This document shows positions 23,770 to 37,221 of a stretch of DNA of 64,000 nucleotides, in pieces (the first letter of the stretch is position 1; each line of letters starts with the position of its first letter). Location: positions 1,426,001 through 1,490,000 of the forward strand of contig OZ296650.1 of assembly GCA_965655095.1 (NCBI GenBank), given 5' to 3'. The notes under the pieces are model-generated. The model worked only from the letters and a program-made list of their open reading frames with translations. It was not told the DNA's origin and made no database searches. A program made the translations under genes and the position numbers. The stretch is from Haplodiscus bocki. Taxonomy: Eukaryota.

Positions 23770-25162
23770 CTGATACGTAGATGTAACGGTGACTTTTTGA
23801 TGACTGGGATGAGCGTGATCTCGCCGGTCATAGTTAGGTCTCAACACCGGGAAGTCGCCGTCCTCGAAGTTTCCAACATTACGAGTTTCAGCATCTCCTT
23901 CTTCAAGGTTTAAGTCTACTCGGCTAGAAGCCGACGTCAGCGGAGTGTTTTCAGTAATCCCTGTAAAATCTCTTTGATCAGCGTTTTGTACTACGCTATT
24001 AGGTCCTCGCCCTGATGACTCGGTGATTGATCTTGACCCGTTTCAACTCGCAGCATTACTACGTTTGCATTGCCGTCAAAATCGAGTAATGTACTCGATT
24101 TTCGACAGCCATAGCAGCATTATCAACCGCATCTCCAATTTTGTCGTCAATATCCTTTTCAAAGACTTGATCTGGACATGCGCTTTTCTCGCTGACTGTG
24201 GTCTTTCCGAAATTGTTAGAAAGACGGCTAGTTTGAAGTCCTGAGGTCTCATTCCGTACTCCAGTTGCATTGGTATGATTACCGATGACAAAATTGTTCG
24301 AAGTCTCGTTCAACTGACTAAGTTGTCTTTTGTGTTGGTGCTTGTTCTTTAGTGTGGAAATCATTTTGCGTAAATAATTAAATTGAACTCAAAAATGTAA
24401 ATCAACAGAGTACAACGGAACAATCAAAAAATTATCAAAAAACAAATTGATGTGAGTTTTGGGTATGAAAGCCTATTGCTTGGTAAAACCTTTAAATCGA
24501 GTTTTCGATTGATCAGTGGGAGTTTGGTAAATTGTGTTTTTCCTTCCGTTGACTTCGTTCTGTGGAAATCTGAGGGTCATCTCTTCTTGTCGTTATTCAA
24601 TCGGTTTCTCCCCAAGGATTACGTTGCATGCTATATTAAAACAGAAACTACAGCATTAAAGGAACATTACCGCTTAATCATGACATCATATTTGCGTGGA
24701 CATTTATATTCTAAAAATCAATCATTAAACAAGAGAGTACCGCTTTTACATGACATTCAAGAAAAAATACTAGTTGTAATGGTGATAATATGAGTAAACA
24801 AATAAAAATTCATGTAATTTTATAAGCAGAGATAAAATTGTGTCAATGAAATGGCGTCATAAATTACTATAAATGACCTACTAATGACAAAGCATTGAAT
24901 GAGCCTGAGTAGGGGCTTTATTGCTTATGCCAAAAAATAACTAACTTGATGTACTTTTGACGCTAGTCGTCAAATACTTTACATTAATTCTCAGTCATAG
25001 TATAAAGACAAGGAAATGCTTTTACATGATTTTCACAAATAATTTATATGTAATTTCACGTTAGCTCATCGTTGGTAAAAGAATATGATCACTAATGGCT
25101 ACTTTCATGGTACTGGCGTCATATTAAGTTATTCATTTTTACGTCAATTTTGTGACCGTACA
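23770..25162 (-). mobile_element. Probable 5' fragment of an LTR retrotransposon (LTR, PBS-like site, start of first ORF)
   Basis: Minus strand TGTA...CAAC(G) about 540 bp (25162-24622), then TAATCCTTGGG resembling TGGTCCTTCG-type primer sites, then an ATG-initiated ORF at 24364 continuing past a frameshift to about 23770. No pol motifs seen. Confidence 0.35.
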
Positions 25163-25170
25163 CGTGATTT

Positions 25171-25451
25171 TGTAACAAGTTCAGACTGGCAGTGTGGAGG
25201 AGGGAATAAAGGCTTGGCTGCCGTCAGCTACGTCAAGATCACGTCAATAGCACTTCCTCCGACATGATAGAGTGAAAGCGCTTGTTTTTTGTCAATGGTT
25301 GATCAATGTAGCGTTAGCCAATAGGAAGATAACAGAGCAATAAACAAATTGAAAGAAAAATATCTAACTGAACTCGTTTCTTTCTTTGTGCTCAAGTGTG
25401 CTTAATATTACTCAAATTAGTATGACTTTAAATCTGACATAAAATACAACA
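25171..25451 (+). mobile_element. Possible solo LTR
   Basis: TGTAACA...AATAAA...ACAACA, 281 bp; no clean TSD. Confidence 0.3.
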
Positions 25452-25699
25452 TATAATTATCATAGCCTCGTAAAAAATATGGTTTTATGTAAGTATATAG
25501 GAGTGTATAAATGTGCAAAAAATAAATGTGGACATAAATGTATAAATATTTATTTTAGTTTTAGTCTTGGAATAGTGGTAAAAAGTTTCTTTGGGGTTCC
25601 TGGCAAGGGTCTCCATTGTTGATTTGATACATTATGCCGTCACAGGGGGCAGCCTGCGACAATGACCCACTAGGAATATTTACTCATCGTTGCATTTGT

Positions 25700-26350
25700 A
25701 CCTGTTAGAATTTCTTACACAGACTTTTGAATCGAAGATAATTGAAAAACCTCAGCCAGCGGTTATCCTACAATTGCTTGTACTTGAATTATGGCGCGGA
25801 GTTGTTGGTTTGTATGCCCAACGTTTGTTCTTCGGCTATATCTTTCAAGGATGGATCGCACCGCTAAGTCTTCCAAGGTTATATTTTGGTTTACCATTTT
25901 TTAAAATTTTGTCAAAACTCGTAAGAGACCTATAGCCTAAGTTCACTCTTTGTGGGTGAAATAAATCAATTTCACTATAATGGGAAATGGATTGTCAGGC
26001 GAGCCCCTTTCTAATGTATGGAATCCTTTGAGATCACTCGCTTCGATTTGGTTGTTCAACATACTTTGAAAAAACTCAGCAACATTTCGATGGTATGAAT
26101 CATCGGTCTTCAGTGGTTGGTTGCAGACAATTAGGCAATCGTTTGATTGACATCATTCGAACTGCTTAATCATTCTTCTGATTTGTGACATTTCTGATCA
26201 AACACAATTTGATCAATATTTGCACATTTTGGATCATTTCTTCGACGACGGGCATCATAATGTTTTTTTTGTGGGTTAGTCAACACTTTCACTTTCATGC
26301 CGGCTTTCCAACATGGCTTCCATGCCTGCGTGGCTCATTTCTATTTAATA
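25700..26350 (-). pseudogene. LINE ORF1-like (coiled-coil plus RRM-like) remnant
   Basis: SNDCLIVCNQP...VAEFFQSML...SDLKGFHTLERGSPDNPFPIIVKLIYFTHKE resembles the DIxACHxL...PxIIVKF pattern of L1/CR1-type ORF1p. Confidence 0.4.
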
Positions 26351-27099
26351 ACTTTATTACAACAATAATGATATAATACAGGTTGCTATTTTTACTGGAG
26401 TTTTGGGTAAGCATAAGTATCCCCGAGATCGCATAGCGTGCGGAGGATGTGATCCCAAAGTACCATTTTCAATGCCGACAAGCGTTTCAACTGTCGAAGT
26501 TGTTTGACCAAAGTAGATTTTTCACAGGTAAGGACACGAAACGTACACGGAATCACGAATCTCAATATACATACAGAGGAGCTTCCAACAAGTATCTTGC
26601 TTTTCTATCGGTCAGTGAACTAATTAAGTCTTTGGCGCGGTAGTTATTCATTTTAGACCAGAAACGGGACGCGTTTAATCGAACGTTTGTATCGTGAGCT
26701 CCCAAACATGTGCATAACAAAGGAATTTTAAGAACAAAAAAGTTGAAGCATGTTTCAACTTTTGGAGGGAAATATCTGGGTACCTCAAGAGAGGAAGTCA
26801 AAGTCAGTCAGTTAGAAACATGTGAAAATACTGACCAATGCCCTTGGATGTAGTTTTGCTCTCTGAGGTAGTTTGTTCCGGTGCAACAGTTGACATCAGC
26901 TTTTCTGTTTTCCAACTTGATAAAACATTAGGATTGGGCTTCACACCTAAAACAAAGGATTGGAGCATTTTTCATGAGACCGTGCTTGCAGACACATTAA
27001 CACGTTCCCAGTACCTCTAGAATGGCGGTTTTGAAGCGACTCACAAAGATGGAAGTGAAGTCAAGATCAAATTATACCAGACCATTGAAGTTAAACTAT

Positions 27100-27650
27100 G
27101 TAGACACTCTGTCTGTACCTGAACGTAAATCATAGTGAAACGGGCCATATGCTAGGCAAAAAGAAGTTTATTGAAACACATAGGAGTGAAACTGTTCAAA
27201 ATACCTCATATTTGGACGTTATTTAACGTAGAAGTTGTCATATATCAAGCAAAGAGAAGTATATCAAAACACTGGAGTTAAACTGTGAAACACCCTGTAA
27301 TGAACGTAAATCAAAGTATTTATATATCTGGCAAAAGGAAGTTTAATAGAACACAAACGAGTGGAACAATAAAAAGCACCTCATACTCGAACGTTCAATA
27401 ATGTTAAATGTACCATATCGTGAAGGAAAAGAAATACACTGGAACACAGAGAACTATTGAAACACTACATACAAGGGACAGTCACTAACGTTAAAACGTC
27501 CATTTTGCAAGAAAAGAAGTATATGAGACCACATAGAAGAGAAATTATACTCAAAAACCGATGAGCATCGAGGTTGAAAAAGCCATATGGCAAGGAAAAC
27601 AAGTAAACCAAAAAAAAACATAGAACATAGGAGTAAAACAGTTTTAGAAC
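27100..27650 (+). repeat. Degenerate minisatellite, about 85-93 bp unit, about 6 copies
   Basis: CCATAT..GCAAAA(A/G)GAAGT..AACAC..GAGT.AAAC recurs at about 27160, 27253, 27335, 27428, 27513 and 27597. Confidence 0.65.
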
Positions 27651-28751
27651 TGATCAAATTTTCAAAAAAAATTCCGGCAATTTTTGATATTTCAAAGAGT
27701 TCCTCCGCCCATCCTGTAGCCAATGATGTTTTGAATCAAAAGCTAACTTGAAATAGTAGAATTATCGAGCTACCAAAATTGCAACTTTTGAATTTACATG
27801 TTTTAACGAAGGATTTTTGAAATTTGCAAATTAAAAACTTCTTTTTCATATAGAAACACTGTACATAACTTTGATATCAAACGATAACAGTGTCTTACGA
27901 GGATTTTTACGAGATACAAGAATTTTTAGAGCATGAAGAGAATTTTGTAATAATCAAAAATAGGTAGAAGTGCAGAATGAATTAAAATTGTCTCAATGGG
28001 CCAAGTATAGGAACGTTTCTAATTTAACTACCCATTCGATTTCTCAAATTAGGTCAATTTTGACTGCTTCGATGTGTTTGTCTTTTATCACCACTGTAGG
28101 TAAACCATAAAGAACAACGTTACATCCTTTCTATTTGAACCAGTTCTAACAAAATTGTAACCCCCCACCCGGAAGCGCTCTCGCATCTGATTGGCTAAAA
28201 TTTGCTTTCGCGTCAGCCAAAACATTACGTCGTCTAATGTTTTGCATAATCATAATGGTGTGAAAGATTTATTGGGAAAGTTCATGAAAGTGTTAGTGAC
28301 GCCGCCAGTTTAGCTTCAGACCATGAAAGTTGTCTAGAATTAATTCATCGCAAGAATGCTCTTTCATTTCAATTTTTGTATCAAGTTTGACCATTTCGAA
28401 AAAAAGACAAGCAAGACAAGAACTCTGCAGAGTTTTCAAACATTGCTCCTTAATATCATTGTTTTCGATTGATTCAAATGGAAAAGATGCAACATTTTTT
28501 TTATTGGTCACCTGGAGTGGTGATAAAAAACAAACGCATCGAAGCAGTCAAAGGTGACTTAATATGAGCTATGTCATCAGTTAATTAAATTATATACACC
28601 ATATTTGGCCCATGGAGACGATTTTAATTCGTTTTGCACTTCTACTTACTTTTGATTATCGAAAAATTCTCTTCAACTTTTGGCTCAGAAAATCCTTGCA
28701 TCTCCTGAAGCCACTGATACCGTTTGATATCAAGGTTTTGGAGAAGGTTTC

Positions 28752-28912
28752 TATATGAGCAGTGATGAAATGGCAATTATACAAAATATAACTTATATTT
28801 TGTCACAACGCACATCTGTGACAAATTATCCAATCAGTTCGTTCCCGAATATCCGATTGAGGAAATTGGCACTGTTTTATGCATAATTGCCATTTCATCA
28901 GTACTATGTATA
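28752..28912. mobile_element. Small MITE-like element
   Basis: Perfect 18-bp inverted repeat TGATGAAATGGCAATTAT (28763) / ATAATTGCCATTTCATCA (28883), extending imperfectly to TA-rich ends; internal TGTCACA/TGTGACA hairpin. Confidence 0.6.
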
Positions 28913-29329
28913 AAATAACGTATATAGATGCCTACCTGTGATTGTGTTTGGTAAGCAGTATCTAGTTGTGATTGTCTTTTGTAAAAAATAGATCTCTGAT
29001 CAATAAAGGTATTCAAAAAAATGTGTTTTCATAAAATTACTCCAATCGAAGTTTTCCGTAGTGAATGGAACAACAAAATGCAAAGACAAAGAACCTAATG
29101 AAACACTGTGGCGTAAGTGATCGAAATATTCATAGAAGTAGTTTGGCAAACAATTTAAGGACTGATGGGCATTTACTTGAAATTGGTGAAAGAAAAAACT
29201 GTGATTTAATTGTTGAAAAAAGTTAACATGAAGTGAGAAAAAAGTCAATTGTTGAAGCAACTGAACTTGAGAACCATTCATTTATTGATTGGCATATTCT
29301 GAACCGAACAAAAGGTTTAAAGGAAAAAA

Positions 29330-32300
29330 CATGATGTGAAACTTGCAACAAATATATGAATGAAAATCTTCATGAAAATCATTCAGGAACTCAATCTCAC
29401 ATACAATACAATAAGACTAATGTAGAATGCAAAAAGTGTAAAACTAGTAATGTTGATATACGCATTTCTAAATGGGATAAACATATAAAATCCAAAGAGA
29501 AAACTAGTTAAGGTTGGTAACAAAACACAGGATGAGCCAGGAACTCACCTAGAGCCAACACACCAGAAAGATCCACATTATTTAAATAACAGTCTAGATC
29601 AAGCATATACAGTTACACTTGATACTGAGCCACACGATCCCTTTTAGGTGCATAAAAAACAATACTTATAATCAAACCTTCTTTAGATCGAATGAGTTAA
29701 CATCAGATCAATAAAATAACGAAACAGTTAACTCAAATATTTGTTAGATTAAAAAAGCAACCAAATTTCAAATTTTAAGTAAGTTTCTATTGCCATTCAC
29801 AAAAGAGGACTGGTCTAAAATATTAAAAACAAGATATATATGTTGTGTTCAAAATGAAACAAACCAAAATTCAATCAGATTTAGAATCAATGCTTCCAAA
29901 ATAAAAAAAAAAGCAAAAAATGAAGAGGAACAGATGAAAGATTGTAGTTGGATATTTGATAAGATTACATGAATGCAATTAGGAATGTATAAAACCAATA
30001 GTCTAACTGGAGGTAGCTATGTTGAATTACCCTCTGAGAATGAAGCAGTTCTAAACATAAAAAACGTTCATAAGTCTTTTGCCTTGTAGTCGACATTAGC
30101 TTTTCTCTTTCCAACAGAAACAAATAGGGACAGTACAGCTAGTTATAAACATCATTTCAATGATTCAGATATAGATGATATTGATTTCAGTGATTGTTTA
30201 AAAATTGAAGATATACCAAAATTATAATGAAAAAATAATTTGAAAACCAAGGTTTCCAAATTAGGGTTCATTAAGCAAACGAATACCCCATAACTATCTC
30301 CAATATACCTTTCTCAACATCTCACAAAGTCAACAGGATGCAACAATAAACCAATTGATTTATTATGGTATGACAATCACTACTATTTAAAAAAATTGAA
30401 TGTCCTCTTAGGTAATCCTCATCAGACTTATGTTAGTAGAAATTGTTTGTGCTCTGTTCACCAGGAAAAAGCATTTCACAAACATAGAATACTTTCCATG
30501 AATAAACCTTGCTTAAGGAAATTTCCCTTAAATCCCAAAAGCAAATGGGGAAATGATGAACAAAAATTCCAGTTAATTCCAGAACTTACTGACTTTGAAT
30601 GTTTTATTAATACTCAACACGCCTTAGATTCTCACGATTCAATCGAAAAACACAAAAAAAACTGAAAACATATTTCATCCGAAACCAGTTGCAAATTGAT
30701 AATACATAAAATCTGACATTACTGATATGTTAAAAAGAGTATCATAAACGTTTCGATCTTGAATAGTTGAATAGTTTGTTGAGAAAATGATAAAATTTGA
30801 AAGTCAAAAGAGTTATTATTTTCACTCTGGTGAAACTAATATACCTCTTTTAACGCCAGAAAGAGCTGAAAAAAGTTTGCCATGCGAGCACTACAGACTG
30901 TTAGCCTTGTGAACAAACATTCACTCCTTTATCCTAAACAAAAGATTAAAAGGGAATTGTTCAGGGAAAGGTGGGGGATCATCGTCATCTGAAAGGAAAT
31001 ATTAGGGGAGCAGCTCATAGGGAATGTAATCTCAAAGTTAAGGAACCCAAGTTTGTTTCAGTAATATTTAATAATCTTTGCAACTATGACTTTCCTCTCT
31101 TCTCTGATACATTGCATGAAATGAAGAAAAAAATGTCAACTTTGATCTCATTGCAAAGAATGATAAACATTTATCAGCATTAGTTAAGAGTGTTTAAGGT
31201 TTTCTGTTCATATAAGTTTCTACAAGGCAGTCTTGGTGATTTGGGTAAAACTTTGGACTATAAAGATTTCAAAATTAGCCAATCTAACTATTCTGGGCTA
31301 GCGTCGAGGGTTAAAAGACTATTAACGCAATAGTTAGATTATCCATATGAGTATTTTACATGGCCCAAGGATTTTGAGGATCCTGAAATACTAAAAAAAT
31401 CTAAGAAAGAAATCATTCAACACAAACATGGAATACAATTTTAGCAAAAAAGGAAAAGAAAAAGAAGAGATTAGTAGAACCTCCAGGTTAAGCTAAAGAC
31501 CTCAGTATGTTAAATATGAAATCTGATAACGTGATTTTGGCTGATGTATTTGGAGAAATCATGAAAAAAGCTCTCAATGGTTCGAATAAATCCATCATAT
31601 AACGCTAGCTTACCAGGAAGTACTTGGCAAGGTGGATTGACAAAAACTGGTATTAAACTACAAAATATTCAAGATCAAGATTTATTCCTAATAACAGAAA
31701 ACATCATCACAGGAGATAATTCAAGTGTATTCGGTAAAAATAGTTCAAATCAGACGAAGAAACTCCGTGTCTTTACATTGATGCCGACAATCTTTATGAG
31801 TAGGCAACGAGTGAACCTTTGCCCTACAAAGACTTTACCTTTGACATGTCGCAAAGCGACCCTACGACATTAGGAGAAAATGTTCAAATATAGGATCATG
31901 CAGATCCAGGTTACTTTGCCAATGTTGATCTAAAATATTCAGATACAATTAAAGAAAAAACCAAAAACTTTCCCTTCTGTCCTGAAATCTCTTCTGTCAA
32001 TAGAGCCAAAAAAACTATAGACCACAATAAAAAAAATGAAAAGTGATTGGATCAATGAGCGAAATTACTTAGTCCATTAAAGACATTCAGAATTTTTAGT
32101 TACATATGGAATGATCATCACTAAGGTTGGAAGTGTAAATACTTTTAAACAAAAACCCTGGTGTTGGAAACATACATTTCATTTGACACAAAGAAGAGAG
32201 AAGCAACAAAAAATAAGTTGGAACAAGAGTTTAATAAACTATTATACAATGCATTCTCTGGAAAGACAATAGAAAGCGTTAGGAATAGAGTAAAAGTAAA

Positions 32301-33085
32301 AATTCCAAAATCTGGGGCTGACATGCAAGCCCCCCCCCCCACCCAGAAAAAAAACAAACAAGTCAAATGGCATAGTAAAATAGATTTTGATGGAGTAAAG
32401 TCTTCTAATGGTTTTAAAGATATAGATTCAACCCGAAAGAAGTAATATCTGACAAACCTACAAACTTATGTTTTACAGTTTTGGAACCTTTCAAACTTTT
32501 TATGTATGGATAAACCTATTAGGATAAACTACAATTCTTTGGATTGGATAAAGGACAGCTACTACATCTTATGGAATGTGATTCATTTGTGTTGAATATA
32601 AAATCTAACGACCTGGCTGATGACCAAGCTAAATTACGACAAAAAAGGCAATTCTTGATTTCAACAACCTTCAAAAGAAACATCCGTTGTAAAGTTCCAA
32701 AAGTTATCCAAAAATTCAAAATTGAAACACCAGACACTTTAACAAAAAAAGAGTTTGTAGCTTTAAGAGCAAAAACATTCATATACCTGAGATGAATTTG
32801 AAAAGAAGACAAAAAGGCTAAGGGGCAGTGTCAAATAACAGAAGAGAAAATACTTGAAGGTATTTAAAAAGATACAATAGAGTCAATCAGGTTTGACGAG
32901 TATGTAAAATGTTTGAATTGAGACTCCTCGGTCGGTCCGACCGCTGAACAAAATTTAAACGAAAAGAGTCGATTACGTTACGCAAAATAAAACGCATGAA
33001 ACGAATCTACATACAGTTAACACGGTGGCTTTGAATGCTTTCTATGATAATGAAAATACAAGAACAATTGAAAGTCAAGCATGGT
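29330..33085 (+). pseudogene. Protein-primed family-B DNA polymerase (element B), with N-terminal Zn fingers and an endonuclease-VII-like motif
   Basis: SWIFDKI..LTGGSYVELP; DHRHLKGNIRGAAHRECNL..FNNLCNYD; YPYEYF; LADVFG; YIDADNLYE*ATSEPLP; KLLYNAFSGKTIESVRNR; LMECDSF (DTDS); EFVALRAK. Confidence 0.9.
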
Positions 33086-33149
33086 CTTGGCTCTCCCAAA
33101 AGAGACCACTCTGGACTTCTGATGCAACTGTAGTTGAATGTAGTAAATG

Positions 33150-33980
33150 GAAGCAAAATTAAATACATTTACCGAAGAAATTTATTCCAAGCAACCTATG
33201 ATGTAATATGTTACCAACAAAACCGATGTTTATCATATTGATGATACTTGGAGTTTAGATTTAGTAAACTTGAACTATTATGGCCCGGAAACTAAAAAAG
33301 GTTACAGACATATTTTGGTACTGCTTGATAAGTTTTGCAAATTTGTTTGGACAGTTCCCCCAAAAAGAAAAACGCTCCAACCAGAACCAACTCATTTGAA
33401 GTTATCTTTTAAGGTTCCAAGCGAAAACCACAGTTAACTGAGACTGGTGATGGAGAAGAGTTTGTAAACAAAGTTTGTAGTGAAATCCTGAATACTCACA
33501 ATATTAAAAGATATTCTAGATAAACTTTCAAAGGAGCGGTATTTGTCGAATGAGTTAATAGAACCAACAAAAAGCTTCTTAAGAAACCCGTTTTTGAAAA
33601 GGGTGACGCTGATTGAATAGATATCTTACCTACTATGACGAAGAAATACAACAATGCAGTATATTTTACAAATATAGTAAAACTTAAAGTTTCTGTGAAA
33701 AAGAATGAATCTATTGTTGAAGAGAACCAAACAGACAAAAGGGTCCGCGGAAAGCCAAAGTACCAAGTAGGAGACTTCGTTAGAACAGCAGACAGAACAA
33801 AAGTTTTTTCTAAAGGCGATAGAACTAATTTAACATAGAAATTATATACAATTACAGAAAGCGATAATGATACAAATGCCAACTGATCATAAAAACAAGT
33901 TACCTGAGAGATTTAATGAAGTCTCACTGTAAAAGACTATACTAACAATGAAAAAATTGACAAATACTAAGACAATTAGG
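33150..33980 (+). pseudogene. Retroviral-like (rve) integrase (element B)
   Basis: HIDDTWSLDL...GYRHILVLLDKFCKFVWTVP...ETGDGEEF...AVFVE*VNRT...PKYQVGDFVR..FSKGD. Confidence 0.9.
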
Positions 33981-33989
33981 GATCCCAAA

Positions 33990-35224
33990 TTAGGTCATAG
34001 TGCTTTTGCCCATCACTACTAACAGAAATCACTAGTAACAGTGTATTTGTTAACACTAATGCATAAGCACAGACTCTAACAGGAACATCTTCGGAAAACC
34101 GAAACTCAACTTTTATTGTTTGAGCAGCTGTGAATTTTTCTCGATATCGCATATCGGAAACACACAGATTATAACCAACATCATCACCATCGTTAGAGGA
34201 TCCAAAATCGCGATCAGGTTTGTAAAGTTGAAGGATATCATCTTTAGTTAGACTTCTAAAAGCTTCTTAAATTTGGGCGTAGCCTTGAGAATATTCATCA
34301 TCGTAATAATTTAAAAATATACCAACACCAGGGTACTTCTCAGTTCTGATTATAAACTGGGCAGTTGTGACTGGTGGTCTATAAAAGGCGAGTATTGAGC
34401 TCCTGTAAGTTCTGTCGGTCTCTTTGTTGAAAACCTACAACAATCCAGATAGAAACATTGATCCCTTCTTGAGGCCCCAATTCAACGGTCCATAATCTCT
34501 GTGTGTTTACTTCTTTCATGAAAACAGATCTCCAAATAGTCTAACACAAAGTGTGCCTTACTCAAAATATTTTTGGCTATTTAAGCTTGCAACTGAAAAT
34601 TGAGTGTGTAATGTGGAACATACGAACTAATACTTCTAATCACAATTTGGCATTTGTGGTCGCAACAACTCGGTTCAAAACCGCACTATCTTGGTTTCTT
34701 GTTAAAGTGAAAATATATCATTACCATATGAAGCTTTTTCTTGATGCTCCGCAAAGCCAAAAATGTCACGGATCATTATTCTAATATGATATTTTCCTTT
34801 GACAGTTTTGTTGTTGGTTATCTCTGGTTGCTTATTATCCCGACTACGATCGAAGACAAATCATCGGAGCCTCTGGAAGAAGTGATTATTTTTAAAATTA
34901 AACATACATGTGCTTGACTAATATCTCTGTAACCTTTTCCACGACTATTGGTTAAATTAAAACTAAGAAAAAAAGTATTTGGGCCTAAATTAACTAATCT
35001 AATGCGTAACCGTCTACGCACCTGTCATTGGTAACAGCGTGGACTACATCAAAGTTTAAGTGAAGATAACTATCTTCTTTAAATAACTGAATCTTCTCTA
35101 GGTATAATACAATATAATCGAGAATTGGCTGTATTTAATGTACTCATTTCTGATGGTGAATGTCTTATATAATCAAATTTTAGGATTCTCCAATCCATTT
35201 TGTGAGAATCACTTGTTCGAACAT
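33990..35224 (-). pseudogene. Putative major capsid protein (element B)
   Basis: ILKFDYIRHSPS...IPREDS...IRLVNLGP...YSQGYAQI*EAFR...DVGYNL...ALVLTN..SVSSDGQKHYDLI*; about 410 codons at the end of the structural module; homologous to 56658-57200. Confidence 0.65.
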
Positions 35225-35234
35225 TTATTAATTA

Positions 35235-36095
35235 GGAAATTATGCTGTTTTATCGATATAAAATTGTATCTTCATAGTTTATCTGTTATGGCAATAATTC
35301 CTTCGCTACTTATTCCAGAATCATTTTCTGCTTCTGTTTCTTGAAGTAACAACTGAAGTCTCTCACAAAGTTCACTAGAATCGGATGACAACCATCTCGT
35401 TTCAGAATTTTTGGCTCGAGTCTGCGACTTGAACCCAGGGTCCTTTGGAACCCTTGGGTTCCAAAGGGACCCCGCATTAACAGCAGGGGATCTGGGCAAC
35501 CTTGCAAGAGATCTATCTCATTTACTTTTATTACCTCTGAGGATAATATCAGAAAGCATTTCCTGTCCGTAATAATACATTATTTTTTCTCCCAAGAATT
35601 AGAATGTTCAAGGTCGAGATTATAAACAGTCTCAACTCGAGCTGGTTTGCTTGTATCACGGAAAGTTATCAAATTGCTATGAAGAGTAATTGGTATATTG
35701 GTGTTTAATAGAAAATCCATCACTTGATCTGAATCAGAATCATCAAGTAATCTAAATTGGCTTTTAACTTCAGGTTTTGAAAGAGTAGCTAAAGGTCTCG
35801 CTAAATAGGAAGTTATTATACCTTTATCATTCAACAATTCCAACATTTTAACATTTCGTTCCAAAAACTCGAGTCCTTTTTTCTCAATTGCCTTTGTTTT
35901 ACCCCTAACCGTTTCCTTTATTTCTTTAGCAGTCTCCTTAGAAGCGTTAGTAAACGGTTCATACTTTCTTCATATGAAAATGAAAATTCTGTTTTCCTAA
36001 TTCGTCTAGCAACCTTAAACCTTTTAGTTGATTTTCTAATGATACCAACTCATTCAAACTTTCCAAATCATCTTAATTTTTTGTTGAACATAACA
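35235..36095 (-). pseudogene. Conserved hypothetical protein upstream of MCP (element B)
   Basis: DDLESLNELVSL...KKVYEP...LSSDSSELCERLQLLLQE...IIAITDKL; homologous pieces at 53950-54248 and 56160-56650. Confidence 0.55.
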
Positions 36096-36560
36096 GTATC
36101 AAAAGTTTCGTTTCAGGTTTGCATTCAATGTGTTTTTGCTATCGTTTAGGATGGTACATTTTCCTTCATCTTTCATTTCAGATCTGTCAATGTGAACACA
36201 ATTATTGAAATTTTCTTCCCATGCCTTACATTAGATCCTTTAATCCTTTATACCTCATGCCAAATCCTGCAGTATCTAAATATTTTCTAAAACCTTCAAC
36301 CTTTGCTGAAACAACAATATATTGTTTTAGTCACTTCTTATAAGTCTTTTTGGTCAAGCAAAATAGGATTGAGACAAAAAATGAACATCTACAACTCTAG
36401 TCAGGAGATTTAGTTATAATAAAGATAACTCTATCAGTAACTTTTCAAAATATTTTCAAAATACGATAAGTTTTCCCTGAAAAAGATGGGCCCATGAATA
36501 TCTATTACATTCGGGTCTTTCAGACCCTTGAGAATGTTCTCGTTCAATACGGGTACGCAT
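36095..36560 (-). pseudogene. Packaging ATPase with internal deletion (element B)
   Basis: Frameshifted Walker A GPS(F)SGKT at about 36470-36493, IFIITKSP, then SQSYF region, AWEENFN and ECKPETKL; Walker B region missing. Confidence 0.6.
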
Positions 36561-36889
36561 CCGCTTTTTTCGTAAAAGTTTTTTCACACAACAGAAATTC
36601 AATTTTTTAATCAAACAATCTGCACAAATACTTTTACCCTTTCTCTGAAACTTACTAGCTTCTAAATTATTTCAACAATCAGTACAAAAAACCAGAAAAT
36701 AAAAATATAGATTCCACTTCTCCTACGGAGACCCTCACTCTAAAAGTTCTAGGTTCACGATCAGTTCTAGGGCCTCCAAAGGAGACGCAGAGCAACTCAA
36801 GGGGTTGGGTTGCCATGCAACCCTAGGTTTACAAGTATTGTACTGTTAAAAAATATCTTCATATTTTCCGATACCATAATTCTGAAAAA

Positions 36890-37220
36890 TATATTTTCGT
36901 TCAAGTACTCAGTAGAAATATTACATGACAGTCATAATCGTTCATATCAATTAGATTATCTATTCAAGACTTTCTACATAACTATCAAAAGATTTGAGAG
37001 TTTTCCAACTTTCTCATTTTTTGTTGTAATTAATATAATCCTTTCTATATACATTGTATATCACTTTGCTACTTAATTATGAAGCACAAGCACACCAGCG
37101 GAAATAAGTACCACGACCAACCCAACATCGGTAACAGATAATGTTTCAGATGTTGTGGAACCAATGAGATCAATTGCATCGACTGATTCTAATATTGTGG
37201 TTATGGTTTCATATTCCTTT
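36890..37220 (-). pseudogene. Conserved small hydrophobic protein (element B), 5' part displaced by an insertion
   Basis: TILESVDAIDLIGSTTSETLSVTDVGLVVVLISAG; homolog at 52570-52975. Confidence 0.5.
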
Positions 37221-37221
37221 T

